Assembly: GCA_951406725.2 (NCBI GenBank)
Contig: OX597814.1
Coordinates: 95,914,001-95,978,000 of the forward strand
Direction of reading: 5' to 3'
Length of the DNA stretch: 64,000 bases
Origin: Octopus vulgaris
Lineage: Eukaryota
Shown here: positions 39,512 through 52,672 of the stretch, in pieces
How positions within the stretch are numbered: the stretch's first letter is position 1
How the letters are laid out: the number at the start of each line of letters is the position of its first letter
Notes under the pieces: generated by a model
Told to the model about the DNA's origin: nothing
The model's database searches: none
The model's input: the letters and a program-made list of their open reading frames with translations, nothing else
Made by a program: the position numbers and the translations under genes

Positions 39512-41158
39512 TTAACCCCTTTTTTGTATATTTCTGACCAAAATACACCCCTCGTGAGTTTCAATTAAATTCTAAAATAATCATGAATTTAGACTAGTTT
39601 CATTAAACAACTGTAACTTCTTTTCCTTATCAACATGATATTTGGAACATAATTGAAAAAAGGGTTCTTAAGTCTATTGCATAATTTTTGTCTCAAAGTG
39701 ACTCTAGTTACAGGTAAATCCAGGTAAACTGAGCAAAATGTAAAAATATAAAAATTTTGTTTAAACATTACCATAGAAATGAGTCATCAATGTTGCATAC
39801 ACAATATTCAATTGGGTATGCAACAAAATTTTGATACAGAAGAATAGTGCACATCACCAGATTATCAGTTGAAATTAAATCACAGATAAAGGTAAAATAA
39901 AGTAAAATACTGGAATTTGTTTTTGAAGAAAATTAAATATATCAACTAAATGAAATCTACTCACACATATACATGAATAATCAGGAACATATATAACAAA
40001 GATTTACAGAAATTAAATCAAAATTTGTCACTCACCTTACAGGCAAATTAAAATTACAGGTAAATTAAAATAAAACGTAAAACGAAGTAAAATCGAAAAA
40101 TATTTATACAATCTATACAATATTCATACAATATTTCTATCATGGAAAGTCGTAAAACATCCCACTCTACATACTGCAATCTTGCAGAATGTATATTGGA
40201 AAGACGTTTCAACTGGCCGTCCACTGGGAGTTTTTCATTGTTATAGCCATTCACAGCACTGCCTTTTACTACCGCCGATTTTTTTTCTAATTTATGTAGA
40301 TCAGCTGAACTCAGAGGGGTATCTCTCTGGCAGGCTTTGCCTTTCCTTCCTGCCGTTATTTTTTGGAGGAATAACCTGCCCTCAACTGCGTTGCTACATC
40401 TGCTTGGAACTGCAGATGGTTGCACCGCTTGTGAGCCCCTCCTGATTTAAATGCATTTACAATGCTCGTGTTTACTATATACCAAACCAGGTATCACCAC
40501 CATTTATTACCTGGTCTATAACTGGATAATAACTCATCTGGTTCAGTTGATGTACACTGCTCATGTACTTGTTACAATCAAGGTTCACAAATGGGTAGCC
40601 ATTTTCATCAACACATGGATGTGCACTGATAGATAGAAAATTTATCTGCCTCTTATCTCTGTATGCAGTTGCTAGCAGATTTCCTTTATGCCACGGGATT
40701 ATTTCACCTCTTTTTTTAAATTTTGCTTTTTTTATATCCAATGGCAGCCCTTTTCTACCAGTAATTACTGTAGCACATGTATACGTTGTCACAGCTTCTA
40801 AATCCACCGCAAGTTTGACCGAACTAAAAAATCAGTAAAAAAATAATATACAGCCTTGGTTATGGTATGGAAGTGATAAATTCTAGACCACATCATACCC
40901 TAGGCCATGCTGACTAACATTATTGTGTCTTTTTCCCTGTATAAAAATTAAATCTACAGCAGTACCCAGTATTTGCTTCATAAATTTTCCAAACTTTGAT
41001 CCCCCATTTCGTGGGCTTTCCTGGCATATATTGTCAGAAGTGTACCTTTCCTTTATACTCCACCATGCCCTCATCGACAGATAAGTATCTCTCTGGGTTG
41101 TAAAATGTTTTATATGCATTTTGAACGCAGTCGATGAGGTTGGTATTGAAAGGGTTAA
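39512..41158 (-). mobile_element. piggyBac transposon remnant (PGBD4-like DDD transposase pseudogene)
   Basis: ttaa|ccc...aggg|ttaa ends. Minus-strand frameshifted fragments: YLSVDEGMV.YKG, YMPGKPTKWGIKVW, GLGYDVV, CATVITGRKGLP..YRDKRQINFLS, and a Cys-rich C-terminus near 40150-40220. Confidence 0.85.
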
Positions 41159-42695
41159 GCATCTCTTCTAATTTTCATAGGGGTGGGAGAAGAATGATGT
41201 GATGGCTGACAGCAAATTCAAATGGTTTCAATGAGGAGGTGAAACCGAATTGTATGCTTTGCTTTTTGAAAACTTTAGTTCTTATTCTATGTTATTATAT
41301 TTAGAATATGTGTTGTTTATCCCCTGGTAAGCTTGTAATCATAGGCATTCCAACTGTAACAATCCTGAGGTTACTTTTCTGTGTGTCACTTATTCATGTT
41401 GGCAGCACATGATTTGACACAGATTTGACTGTTATTCCTTGTAGGTTAAGCAATAGTACAGAGGTATCTCGTTTGCTTATATAACAAGTAATCTTTATAA
41501 CTAGTCTTCAGTCATTCTCATTTAAGTGTGTCATGGGTTTGAAATCTTTATCAAGAACACAATGCACATGTCTTAATTTAGTTGATTGCAATTCCGAAAA
41601 GATGTTAATACATTGATAAAAGTAATGATGGATAATCACTAAGCAAATGTACAAAATTGTATACTGGTTCATGATTGTCATTATTTTCAACATCCACATT
41701 TCCATGCGTGCATGGGATTAGTTGGGGTGGATCTTTTATGGTTGGATGCCCTTCCCTATCACCAACCCCTACCTGCTTCCAAGCTAAGTAATATTTTCCC
41801 ATGATCAGATCTGTATTCATGACAGACTGGAAACAAAAGATACCACTTGCCTTACTGTAACATTTGTTTACAACCATCATGCATGTACACATATGCACAC
41901 ACAACAGGTTTCTTTGAATTTCCATCTCCCAAATACACTCACAGGTCTTTGGTTGGTCTAGGGCTTATAATAAAAGATACTTGTCCAAAGTGCTGTGGAA
42001 TGGGATTGAATCTAGAGCCATGTGGTTGGGAAGCAACCTTCATACCATACAGCCATATCTGCGCCTATACTGGTTGATGTAGAAAAATATCCATATTGTA
42101 TTGATAATTTTCCAGATAGTTATGAGAAGTAATAATTTAGTTAAATTCTTTTGTCTTTTTGCTCCAAAAGATTTTGTTTCCTTTATTGATGTATGTATTC
42201 ATATTTTTATATTGCTCCAAGGGTGGTGAACGGGCAGAATTATTAAACATTGGACAAAATGCCTTGCAGTATATATTCTTGTTCTTTATGTTCTAATTTT
42301 AAAATCCTGCTGGAGTCCAGTTGTCTTTCATCCTTCCAGGGTTGATAAAACAAAAATACCTATTCTAGTATTGTAGTGGATTAATCAACTAATCCTGCGC
42401 TTCAAATTTCTGGTCTTGTTTCTCTGTTAGAAGTATTTTTTTTATATTACTCTTTTGATGTTTACTTTCATATTTTCCTATTTGTATTACATTTCTTATC
42501 ACATTAAAAACATTCTGAAATGAACATAATTGCTTTTACAGCATCTTAAGCTGAATTGCCTTCATATTCATTATTAATAATTTGGTGAAAATTTTGATAT
42601 AATTTAAGTATTAGGTGTTTATCCTTGTCTATAAGCAAATATATTAAACTTTTTGCTACCATATTTCTATTGAAAAATGCTGCCTTTATTTTGAT

Positions 42696-43612
42696 TACTG
42701 CAAAACCCCATGTAATTTGTGCACCTGTGTAATTTATGCAGGTGATTTTCAGGATAAAATTTGTTAAAAAAAAAGCTTCTATTCATGTAAAATTTGTGCC
42801 CAAAAGTTTTCAGAATTGCTGATATGGCCAGGGGAAAAAGGTTTTCAATTTTGTTGTATTTAGCATAATTTCACTTATGATTAGATTTTATTAAATTTTC
42901 CTTAGATAAAAATAATTTCAGCTTAACAGGTATCACATTAAAAGCTATTAAATTACAAAGTGTTTGTGTTGTTTATAATAAACTTTATTTCACATTTCTT
43001 GCCCACTGGAGATTATGTCCGATCTTTAGCATACTGCTGTATGTCTTAACCCTTTAGTGTTTAAACCGGCCATATCCGGCCCAAATATTCTATATGTTTT
43101 ATATTCAAACTGGCAATATCTAGCCTCTCACACCTAACCTACAATGCCATTCTAAAAATAATTCACATCATTGAAACCTCAAAGCTATGAGATAATGTTT
43201 GATTAATTCAAAACAATTTGAATAAAAAAAATATTACATTTAACAGAGTAATCTGAACACTAAAGGGTTAAATAACAATCTCAGGAAAAGTTGTTAAGAA
43301 TTGTCAACAAAACAAAGTTGATAAATACGCACAGGTGTTGCAAATTAGGTTTAATCACTAAGAAACATTGATGGTTTTAGTAAATTTATACAATAAAAGT
43401 AAGCATTATACCATCCAAGTCAACTTCATTATATTTAAGCCCTTATTTTTTCTGTAAAAACCTATTCTGATATTAAATGAGTGAACTTCTGGTACAAAAA
43501 AAAAGATTTAAAAAAATAATTCTAGTAAAGATCTACTCCTGTAATTTATATACCCTTAAAGTTTATTTTTGCTTCCCTGCCCCATGCTTAAATTACATGG
43601 GCTTTTACAGTA
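42696..43612. mobile_element. Tc1/mariner-pogo-type MITE (TA-flanked) carrying a nested piggyBac MITE at 43046-43271
   Basis: TIRs ta|ctgcaaaaccccatgtaattt and aaattacatgggcttttacag|ta (2 mismatches). Confidence 0.8.
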
Positions 43613-43988
43613 AATTTGAAAATAATATATAATTTTGCAAGTAACTTTGTACTTATTAAACTGGTGTTTAGAACATAAATTAACATGCAACAATTTTGAT
43701 GGAAGGGTTTAAAATCACTTTAAAATAGAAGTTTGTATCAGAGTGCCAGGTGTTATCTCAGGCAAGCTGGTATCAAACTTTAAAATATCTGTTTTGGGTA
43801 GACTGTGGTAGACAGCTCATGCTGTTATTTATTCTTATAGGGTTACAAAGAGAAATAGGTCATCAATCAAACCAATTACTTATCTGATGTTTGGCTATAT
43901 GAATATTTGCTTATTCCTTAAATAAAGTTATGAAATTGCTTAGTAATACAAAATTTTAATCTGTTCCCATTTTTGCTTTTTGTTTTAG

Positions 43989-44075
43989 GGTACAACATGC
44001 CATCAGTGCCGGCAAAAGACATCAGATATGAAGACTATTTGTCGGTCATCTAACTGTGTTGGTGTTCGGGGTCAA
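43989..44075 (+). CDS. CDCA7: CDCA7 zf-4CXXC_R1 exon (29 codons)
   Basis: ttttag|[29 protein letters not shown]|gtaagt, phase 0/0. Confidence 0.95.
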
Positions 44076-44438
44076 GTAAGTTGGAGGTTTTGCAACTCTT
44101 ACATTATGAGTTAACCCTTTAGCTTTTCAACCGACCATATCAGGCCCAAATATTCTACCTGTTTTATGCTACCTTACAATGTCACCTGCCTTAGAATGTC
44201 ATTTTAAAAATAGTCACATCATCGAAATTATAAAGTTATAAGTAACTCAAAACAATGTAAATAAATACGCATCATATTTGACAGAGTAATCTGAATACTA
44301 AAGAGTTTAACATATTTTGGATTAAATACATTTTGGAAGTTAGTGTATTGTGTGTAATTGTTAATTGATTCAATAATAAACTAACTGTAAGATGTATTCC
44401 TTGTTTATAATTTCAATAAACTTTCTTTTTACTTATAG

Positions 44439-44501
44439 TTTTGTGGACCTTGTTTAAGGAACCGGTATGGTGAAGCTGCTATTGAAGCACTCAAAGATGC
44501 G
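44439..44501 (+). CDS. CDCA7: CDCA7 zf-4CXXC_R1 exon (21 codons)
   Basis: ttatag|FCGPCLRNRYGEAAIEALKDA|gtaaat, phase 0/0. Confidence 0.95.
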
Positions 44502-45439
44502 GTAAATATTTTTAATTTGTTAGACTGACTTGTTTATACTTGTAGTGTATTAGATTCAGTTATGTGTATCATTTTTTTTCTCTCTTTCTTGTATAAGAGA
44601 CAGGTTGGATATTTGTACAGAAGCACTGTGTGTACCACCCACACTTAACAAGAAACCTTCCCACACACTCCACCACAACAAACCAAACTACTTCTCTTCC
44701 TCACATTTCCACTTCATGTACTCTCCCCAATCCTGACTTCTTCGCCCTGTGCCACTGTATCATTGCTCTCCGCTTGTTCCTGACCTGTGCGATCTACCCA
44801 CATGCCCTGTCTCACTCTATTATTGCTATCTGCTTGGTCCCAACCTGGTCATTCCACCCACGCATAACAAAGAAAACTTTTCCCTCACCCTACCTCAACA
44901 AACCAATCTGCATCTCTTTCTCACATTTCCTCCTTCATACACTACGCCTAACTCTCACTCCGCAATCCTGTTCTCACATCCCTGTCCCTCTGTATCATTG
45001 CTATCTGGTAGCCCCTCCAACTCTACCCAGGTCTTTTGCCACTTACTTGCATTCTTTAATCTCACTTCCTTTGCAATTTCCTGCCACTTATGGCATTTGA
45101 ACCTCAAGGGTATCCCCTGGCACTTGCCACCATCTCTGTATCTCTCTCTTCCTTTACTCAACCATTGCATGTGAGTATGCCCGGCATTTTGCCACTGTCT
45201 CTATCCTGCTGTCTCCCACTTTCTCGCTCTTTCTCCTGCACTTCCCTCAGGTTGGGCAACCGTGTATTTTCTTTGTGGTAGCAAACCTGTTTCTGTCTTC
45301 ATTCCTGATCTTTCTCTCTCTGGCTGGGTAACCTTGTACTTCCTATACAGCAAAACACCTGCATCTGTCTCACTATAACCTTTTAATCATCACCTCCTCA
45401 AACCTGGATAGTTTTGTGTGCTTGTCTGTAATTTAGTAC

Positions 45440-45755
45440 AGCTAAACCGGCGCATAATGGGAAAATACTCAGAAAGTAAGGTACCCCTGAAATAGGAATA
45501 CAAACGGAATAAAACAAGTTTTGCATAAATTGGATCAAGGGTTCCCATGATAGGCGTTTGTTTTTTTTAGGTGCCTTTATAAATAGCCAAGCTGGCACAT
45601 AATGGGAAAATACTCTGAAAATAAGGTATCATTGAAATGTGAATACAAACAGAATTAAACAAGTTTGTAAATCGGACCACGGGTTCCTGAGATATGCGAC
45701 TTTTTTTTTCGGGTACCTTTGAACTATTGGTGACCCAATGAGTCACGGGTAGTCT

Positions 45756-45758
<3 letters not shown>
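45440..45758 (+). mobile_element. Helitron-like 3' fragment with an internal, diverged about 146-bp tandem duplication
   Basis: Two units begin 'ggc(g/a)cataatgggaaaatactc'. Terminal hairpin gtgac-ccaatga-gtcac, then CTGG|t. Confidence 0.55.
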
Positions 45759-45802
<44 letters not shown>

Positions 45803-45809
45803 ATGTATG

Positions 45810-46153
45810 TGATCTCATTCTCGCTCACAACATCATAAGCGGAAAGTGTAACTGCTTGAAAGAGCTGTTCTTCACTCCTGCTCCAGAGCGTCGGCTGCGG
45901 GGTCACTCCGAAAAGCTCTATCTGCAACGATTTCATCTCAATCAAAGGAGAGGGGCTTTCTCCGTCCGGGTTGCAGATCCGTGGAATAAGCTGCCAGACG
46001 AGATAGTGAAGATGCCGACGACCGCTCGGTTCAAAGTCTCTCTTGACCAGAAATGGCCTGAACTCTTTGCATGAACACCCTCCCTGTACATAACTTCATG
46101 TCCCCCTACATGGCCTTGCTTTTTGCTTTTTGAGCCAAAAAATTAACGTAACT
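45810..46153 (+). mobile_element. CR1-clade LINE 3' fragment
   Basis: RLRGHSEKL..RRGAFSVRVADPWNKLPDEIV..FKVSLD, the typical CR1 ORF2 C-terminus. The 3' end 'gctttttgagccaaaaaattaac' recurs inverted and triplicated at 61435-61520. Confidence 0.88.
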
Positions 46154-46220
46154 ATATATATATATGTGTATGTATATATATATGTATGTGTGTATGTACA
46201 TATGTATGTGTGTGTGTATG

Positions 46221-46265
<45 letters not shown>

Positions 46266-47329
46266 GTCTCCCCATCAACACTTGACAACTGCTCTTGGTA
46301 CTGATAAAATAAGTACTAGGCTTCAATAAATTTGGGGGTTGATTTGTTCGGCTAAAAATCCTTTAAGGCAATGCCCCAGCATGGCTGCAGTCTAATAACT
46401 GAAACAAGTAAAAGATTAAAGATATATGTATATATAAAGATATATGTATATGTATATAAGTTACTAGTGAAAGAGAGCAAATTGAAAATTTGCTTATCAG
46501 GAAAATTTTTCCTGTGTTAAGAGTGAAAGGAATTTATACAAAAAATTTACTGAATAAGTGCTACAAGCATTAACATGTTGCTCTATTTTGAGAAATTTTT
46601 GTGAATGAGGTAAATAACTTTCTTCAGTTTACCGCTTTTCTGTTGCCTGGTTACAGTTTTATTTGTATTATAGATAACTTATTTAAAATTTTCTTGTTTA
46701 TCAATATTGTATTAACAAGGTGGACCATTTTGGTGCTACTTGTTGTCACTTTATTTTTTTTTATAGCTTCATTTTATGTTTTTTAAACCTAGCTTTTAAC
46801 CTAGCTCATACTGCTTTCACAAATGAATGTCTCTTTCTGCCAACATTTTAGGAACAAAAAAAAAAAAAATCCCTAAAAGTAAAAGTTAACCTAAAAAATG
46901 CAGGTTTACATAATCCATTGTTAACCTGCCACTGAGTTTTATTTCAGGGCATAGATTTATTTATTCAGTATGTTATTTGCATAGCCATTATATGACTTGG
47001 TAAAAACTCAAACTTTATGCCTCTCTTTGTTTGTTTTAATGGGGTATTAATGTTATCATTTCATTTCTACATGGCCATTAGAAATGTACGTATACAAGTT
47101 AGAAGTCTCCTCTCTGCACAGTTTTTCTTTCAGCTCATTTATACTCCATCATTCATGCATACTTACATTATACATCCAGTAGTGTATGATCACCTCATTT
47201 CTTTCTAGGTTATACATTCTCTGTATTCATTACTCATGTTTCACTATCATAATATTGCATTTAGTGCACAAGCCTCATACTATTGACCCTTCATTTAGAG
47301 AGAGAGAGAAAACCTCTTAGTTAGTAGCA

Positions 47330-49430
47330 GTCTTGTGCAACTTATAAAAGTCCTAGAATTATATAAGAAGAAACTATATAGTTTTTTTAAAAGATATGGA
47401 TTAAGTATTACTATATATAATGAGAACTATAATGTTAATTATTTAGATGCTAATTTTAATTTAATAAAAAAAAGGTAAAACCCAACCATTCCATAAAATT
47501 AATGAAAGCCTTAGATATATTTATGCTAATAGTAATCATCCACCCTCAATTAAGAAGTCGTTGACAGATAATATAGGCAAAAGAGTATCATTGCTTTCCT
47601 CTAATTTTGAGATTTTCCAAAAACACGCACCTTATTATAATGAAGCCCTGCGGGAGGTGGGATATGGTAATAATAATAATAAATCCTTTAATAATTCTAA
47701 ATATAATTATAATATAAATGTTTCCTATATTTTTTATGATAATAAACCTAACATTAAGAATTATGATAAATTTTATTTAGGTAATTATGGTATTAATAAT
47801 ATGTATTATGATAATATAAAACAAATATAATAATAGACTAAAAAATAAGATTAAATTTAATTCATTTAATGATAATAATAAATTTGATAATATAAAAAAT
47901 AAATATAATATTAATAATAAGAACAAGTTTGATTAATTATTCCTTATGGAGCTCAAGTTAAAACAAACATTATTAAAGAGATTTTGAATATAATTGAAGT
48001 ATTCATTAGAGATAATAAAAAATATAATATTTTTTCTAGTAATGATTTTGTAGTTGGTTATTCTACTACTAATAATCTTGGTAACATTTCTTCTTTTAAT
48101 AAATTTAAGTTGAATAAGTTTTACAAAAACAAATCAAATAATTATTCCAATAAAGACCAGAATATAATTAATTGTACATGTAGAAATAAAACTGAATGTT
48201 AATTTAATAATAAATGTAATTTTGATGATGTAGTATATAAATGTGTAGTGACTTTGATTGATGATAATAATAAGAATGGTTATAATTTAAATGCGATTTA
48301 CATAGGGTCGACTTCTAATAAAATTAAATTACGGGTGGCTCAACACATGAATTCTTTTAAGAATAGAAATTTAATTAATTCTACTGGCCTTAGTAAATAT
48401 ATATGGGAACTAAAATCTAAAAATATTAAGTACAATTGAAATTGGGAGATAGTTTGTAAGGCAAAATCATATTGAATAGGTAGTAATTTTTGTTTATCAT
48501 GTACTAACGAATTTAAGGAGATATTATTAACTAATAATAAAAAATTAGTTAATTCCTAGATGAACGAAAGATTAAACGTAGACATAAGTTAAATTACTTA
48601 TATAAGTTTAGCTAATTTGTATATATATATATAAATGCTGTTTTATGTTATTTATTGTTGTAGTTATAATTTGTAGTAGTAAAATGCATATAAAATAGCA
48701 TGAGATTATATAGTGTGTATTACACAATTAGAATAAGATGAAACTTAGATGTTTATGAAATAAATAAATTTATGAAAATAGATTAAATTATATAAATTAC
48801 CTTAATTGATGTTTATTATCTATGTATTTTACGTATTTTAATTTTAAAATTATTTAGACTTTACAATTTTTCCAGTAAATGGTATATTAAAGTTAATTTT
48901 TTCTTATTCTCACAGCTAAAATACATTTGTAATTTTAATAGCTTAAATACATATTTCTATCTTTATTCTATAAATTCTATTTACATCATATTTTCTCATG
49001 ATATATTTCTTATAAACGCCAAGTTCTACGTATTACGTTTAAATTTTTAGTAAACAGAAATCCTTCGATAAGATAAGTTGTGGTTTTATTTTAAGAAATA
49101 TTGTTGAATGTTTTTCAATTATTTATAGTTAATACACGTATTTTTCTATTTTTATTTGATAATTAGTATAAGTTAAGATAAGTACATTTATTCTATTATT
49201 TTATTATTATTATTTTAGACCTGGTGAGTAACTATATTTTTTAAATAGAATTAATTTTAGATCGGTGTAATTCTAAATCGAATTGATTTTATTATTGTTA
49301 TCTATTTGAAAATGTAGCCACGAAACGCGCGTAGTCTTTTTACTACTATTTACTATTTTTTTACTTTACTACTATTTATATTTTTTACTTTATTGATTTT
49401 TAGAATAAGCTTTTTAAAGTATATGTTATC
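47330..49430 (+). mobile_element. Penelope-like element (Naiad-like), degenerate: RT C-terminus, GIY-YIG and a 3' pLTR with hammerhead
   Basis: Fragments GLSITI..VNYLDANFNL, SNHPPSI, KRVSLLSS..APYYNEAL, VVGYSTTNNL, NCTCRNKTEC..C..VVYKC, YIGSTSN..R..QH.NSF..STGLSKYIWELK, with multiple stops. Hammerhead at 49217. Confidence 0.87.
49217..49337 (+). ncRNA. Type I hammerhead ribozyme motif (CUGGUGA core, probably inactivated)
   Basis: agac-CTGGTGA-GT..CTATATTTT.TAAATAGA...TCTATTTG.AAATGTAG..AC-GAAAC-GCGC-GTA-gtct, with palindromic stem III ACGCGCGT. Confidence 0.78.
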
Positions 49431-49826
49431 TATATAGTGTGAATATTATTCTATCAAACATAATACTTATTGATTCACATTGATTTGAATTAATCATGCC
49501 ATATCTTCAAAGATCTTGATTGAATTTTTCTCTGTAAGTTTTGGAATTCCCTACTATTATTACACATGTAGATTTTGGAGTTGGTTATTACTAAGATTAC
49601 TAAAACAATTAAACACTTGAGTAGAAGTTATACCAATATTTAATTCTATAGTTGACTACTTTGATCTGAAAGAAAGTTTGAAACTGAGTGGGTAGAGAAA
49701 ATTGGTAAAAAGAATTTGGGAACAAATATTTTAGAATAATTGTTTTTAATTACTAAAAAGTTCGTCATAATACTGCATTTGTTTTCCTTTTTCTCTGATA
49801 TATTTATATTCAATCTGTTTAACTAG

Positions 49827-49963
49827 AACTGGGTGTGTCCACCTTGTCGAGGTATCTGTAACTGCAGTTTCTGCCGAAGGAAGAAGGGACGTGCATGTAC
49901 TGGTAGAATGATACACCATGCTCGTGATATGGGGTTTTCCAATGTCAGTGATTATCTAAAAAG
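49827..49963 (+). CDS. CDCA7: CDCA7 zf-4CXXC_R1 exon (45 codons + 2 nt)
   Basis: aactag|[45 protein letters not shown]+ag|gtaggt, phase 0/2. Confidence 0.95.
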
Positions 49964-50799
49964 GTAGGTGATATATTTTTAAAAACATTTACTTGTTAGT
50001 GCTACATTAACCCTTTAGTGTTCATATTATTCTATCAAACATAATACTTATTGATTCACATTGATTTGAATTAATCATGCCATATCTTCAAAGATCTTGA
50101 TGGTGTAATTACTTAATGTAGAATAACATTGTAGGGTAGGTGTGAGAGCCTGGATCTGCTCAGTTTGAACATAAAACAAATGGAAAATTTTGGCTGGATA
50201 TGGCTGGTTTAAATACTAAAGGGTTAAAAGCATTGGTGCTGGTACCACATAAAAAGCACCCAGTACACTCAGTGGTTGGCATTAGGAAGGGCATCCAGCT
50301 GTAGAAATTATGCCACAACAGGCAATGGAGTTTGGTGCGACCCTCATTCGTAGCAGCTCGAGTTAAACTCTCCATGGAAAAGAATGTTAAATGAAGAGGA
50401 TGATAATGACACATTACAGTTGTCAGCATGAATTAAATTGAAAATTGTTTTTGTTGAGGTTACTCTTAAGTAAAATTCATGTACCTAACAAACCAATGAA
50501 GGAAACTCTAATTGCAAAACTTGCTAGAAATAAGTCAGATTACCTTCAGATCACATCATATTTTCTTTTTATACAAGGACACATTGGATATAAAGTGACA
50601 GTAGTCATAGCTGGAATACCCTTGGTCATAGCTTGTCTCATACAAATCCACAAGAAGATACCATCATGATAAATACATTCATCTTATACTAATACTATCA
50701 ATTCAACAATTGAGGAAATAAAAAAAAACCCAAAAAACTTCATTGTAATTTTAAAAAAAGTCCTTTTAATCTAATAACTGTTCTGAGCAGAGCAGAAAT

Positions 50800-52525
50800 G
50801 TAATTTTCATTTAATATCACCAAAGAATTGCTTAGTGTTCTGACAATGAAACACACTGTTACAGGATGTAAAATTTATGAAGAAGTGAAGTAAGCAGTCT
50901 CCAAGTTGAATCTTCTGCTTGAATGACTTGTCAGTGTAGCAACAGATGGGGCCCCAGCAACGGTTGGGTCTAAGATAGGCTTTCTTGCCAAATTAAAGGA
51001 AGAATTAACTTCTTTGAATTTAGCAAACAGTAACTTTGCAATGATCCATTGCCTAATCTACCTAAAAAATCTATGTGCAAAGTCTCTAAAATTTGAGAAT
51101 GCTATGTGTATGGTTTTCTCAACCATCAATCTTTTAAAATCCTGAGCACAACCATCACCAGTTTAAAGAGTTTTTAGAAGAACTTGAATCAGAGTATGGT
51201 GACTTTGTTTACTACTGTGCAGTTTGTTGGCTAAGTAAATGGAAGATGCTTCAATGATTTTACAGCCTGAGACAAGGGGTATGTACCTTCTTAGAAAGGA
51301 AGTATAAATTTGTTCCCAAGTTGAAAAATGAAAACTGGATTTGTGACCTTGCATTTCTCATGGATATAACTACACATTTAAATGATTTAAATTTAAAATT
51401 GCAGAAGCAAATTCTGTTAATTTATGAGATGTATTCTTATGTCAAAGCTTTTCAAACAAAACTTCAAAATCCCTTCAATGCTGATGTTGAAAAAGTTTGA
51501 AAGGAATTGCAAATGGATTTAATTTGAGCTTCAGAGTGATGAATTTCTTTGGCAAAAATATGAAGAGGAAACTTTGCATTTTTGTGGAACTCTGCCTGAA
51601 GAAAACCACCCAAAATTAGTGTGCTTTGCTAGAAGATATGCCACCATGTTTGGTAGTACATATATATACGAACAACTTTTTTCTAGAATGAAAATAATAA
51701 AGTCGAAAACCAGGTCAAGTTTGACTGATAATCATTTGGAAGACAATTTACGAGTTGCAACATTGCAAATTCCTTTAAATATTGAGAAACTCATAGAAAA
51801 TGTACAATATCAGGTTTCTCATTAAAATTTGTGAGTAAATTATTCCTATTAACGTCAATATCAAATGGATAAATATGATCTTACTTGTCTGTATTTTGTT
51901 AAGTAGTGTGACTTAGTTGAACTATTTTTACTCAACTATGCTGCTTTTCCCCCCTTTGATTTCGGGTTATACTTCAGGTCAAATTAATTTGTTTTTTTTT
52001 CTCTTTAGTTTCTTTCCTTTAATCATAGATAACATGAAATGTTAAATGCACAAATAATTTTCATTTTTAAAAATTGTTTATTTACATTTTTAAGCATTTT
52101 TCCCAGGTACCATAGCTTGAAATGGTTCAACAAAGTCACATACATAACAATGATTAAATATGATATTTAAAAATATTGGTGAATATTCACATGATTTGCT
52201 TCAAAAAACAAATGTTCATAATTCTTTTCTACAGGGAAAGATTTTTGGTGCTAATTTACATATCAGAATATTAAAATCTACGATTAAATGAAAGTGAAAT
52301 CTTTCTGATTTTTTTTACCCCAACCTTTTAGTTGTAATTTATCTTTCTATTATTTTTATGATTGAGGAAACTTGTATGAATTCTGAAGAAACAAATCAAA
52401 GCAACCTGAGTTACCACCTTTTTGTTTTTTAATGTGGGCACGGATGTAAATTAGCACTTGTGGCCCATCTGATGATGAGCCATGTCTCATGTGACCTGTT
52501 TCTCAAAAAAGGTTTCCCATACTTG
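50800..52525 (+). mobile_element. hAT (Buster/SPIN, GTF2IRD2-like) transposase pseudogene and right end
   Basis: VATDGAPATVG, IHCLI, WLSK, WICDLAFLMDITTHLNDLNLKLQ, and the dimerisation motif MFGSTYIYEQLFSRMKIIKSKTRSSLTD..QVSH* ending at 51825. Stops and frameshifts throughout. TIR-like 'aaggtttcccatacttg' at 52509-52525. The left boundary is approximate. Confidence 0.88.
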
Positions 52526-52672
52526 TTCTAAAGCAATTCAAATTAAGTTCTGAAATGTGTACTTAGATGGTAAGTTCAGTGTACTTATCATTTACACAGA
52601 CTGTCTAATATGATTTAGATAAATTTTGATGAATTACTAGTGATTTAGTTATTTTGTTTTTCTATTTTACAG

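Noticed and set aside
47330-48620. Selenocysteine recoding in the Naiad-like element
   Set aside because: The stops are mixed TAA/TAG/TGA, do not fall at Cys positions, and come with frameshifts.
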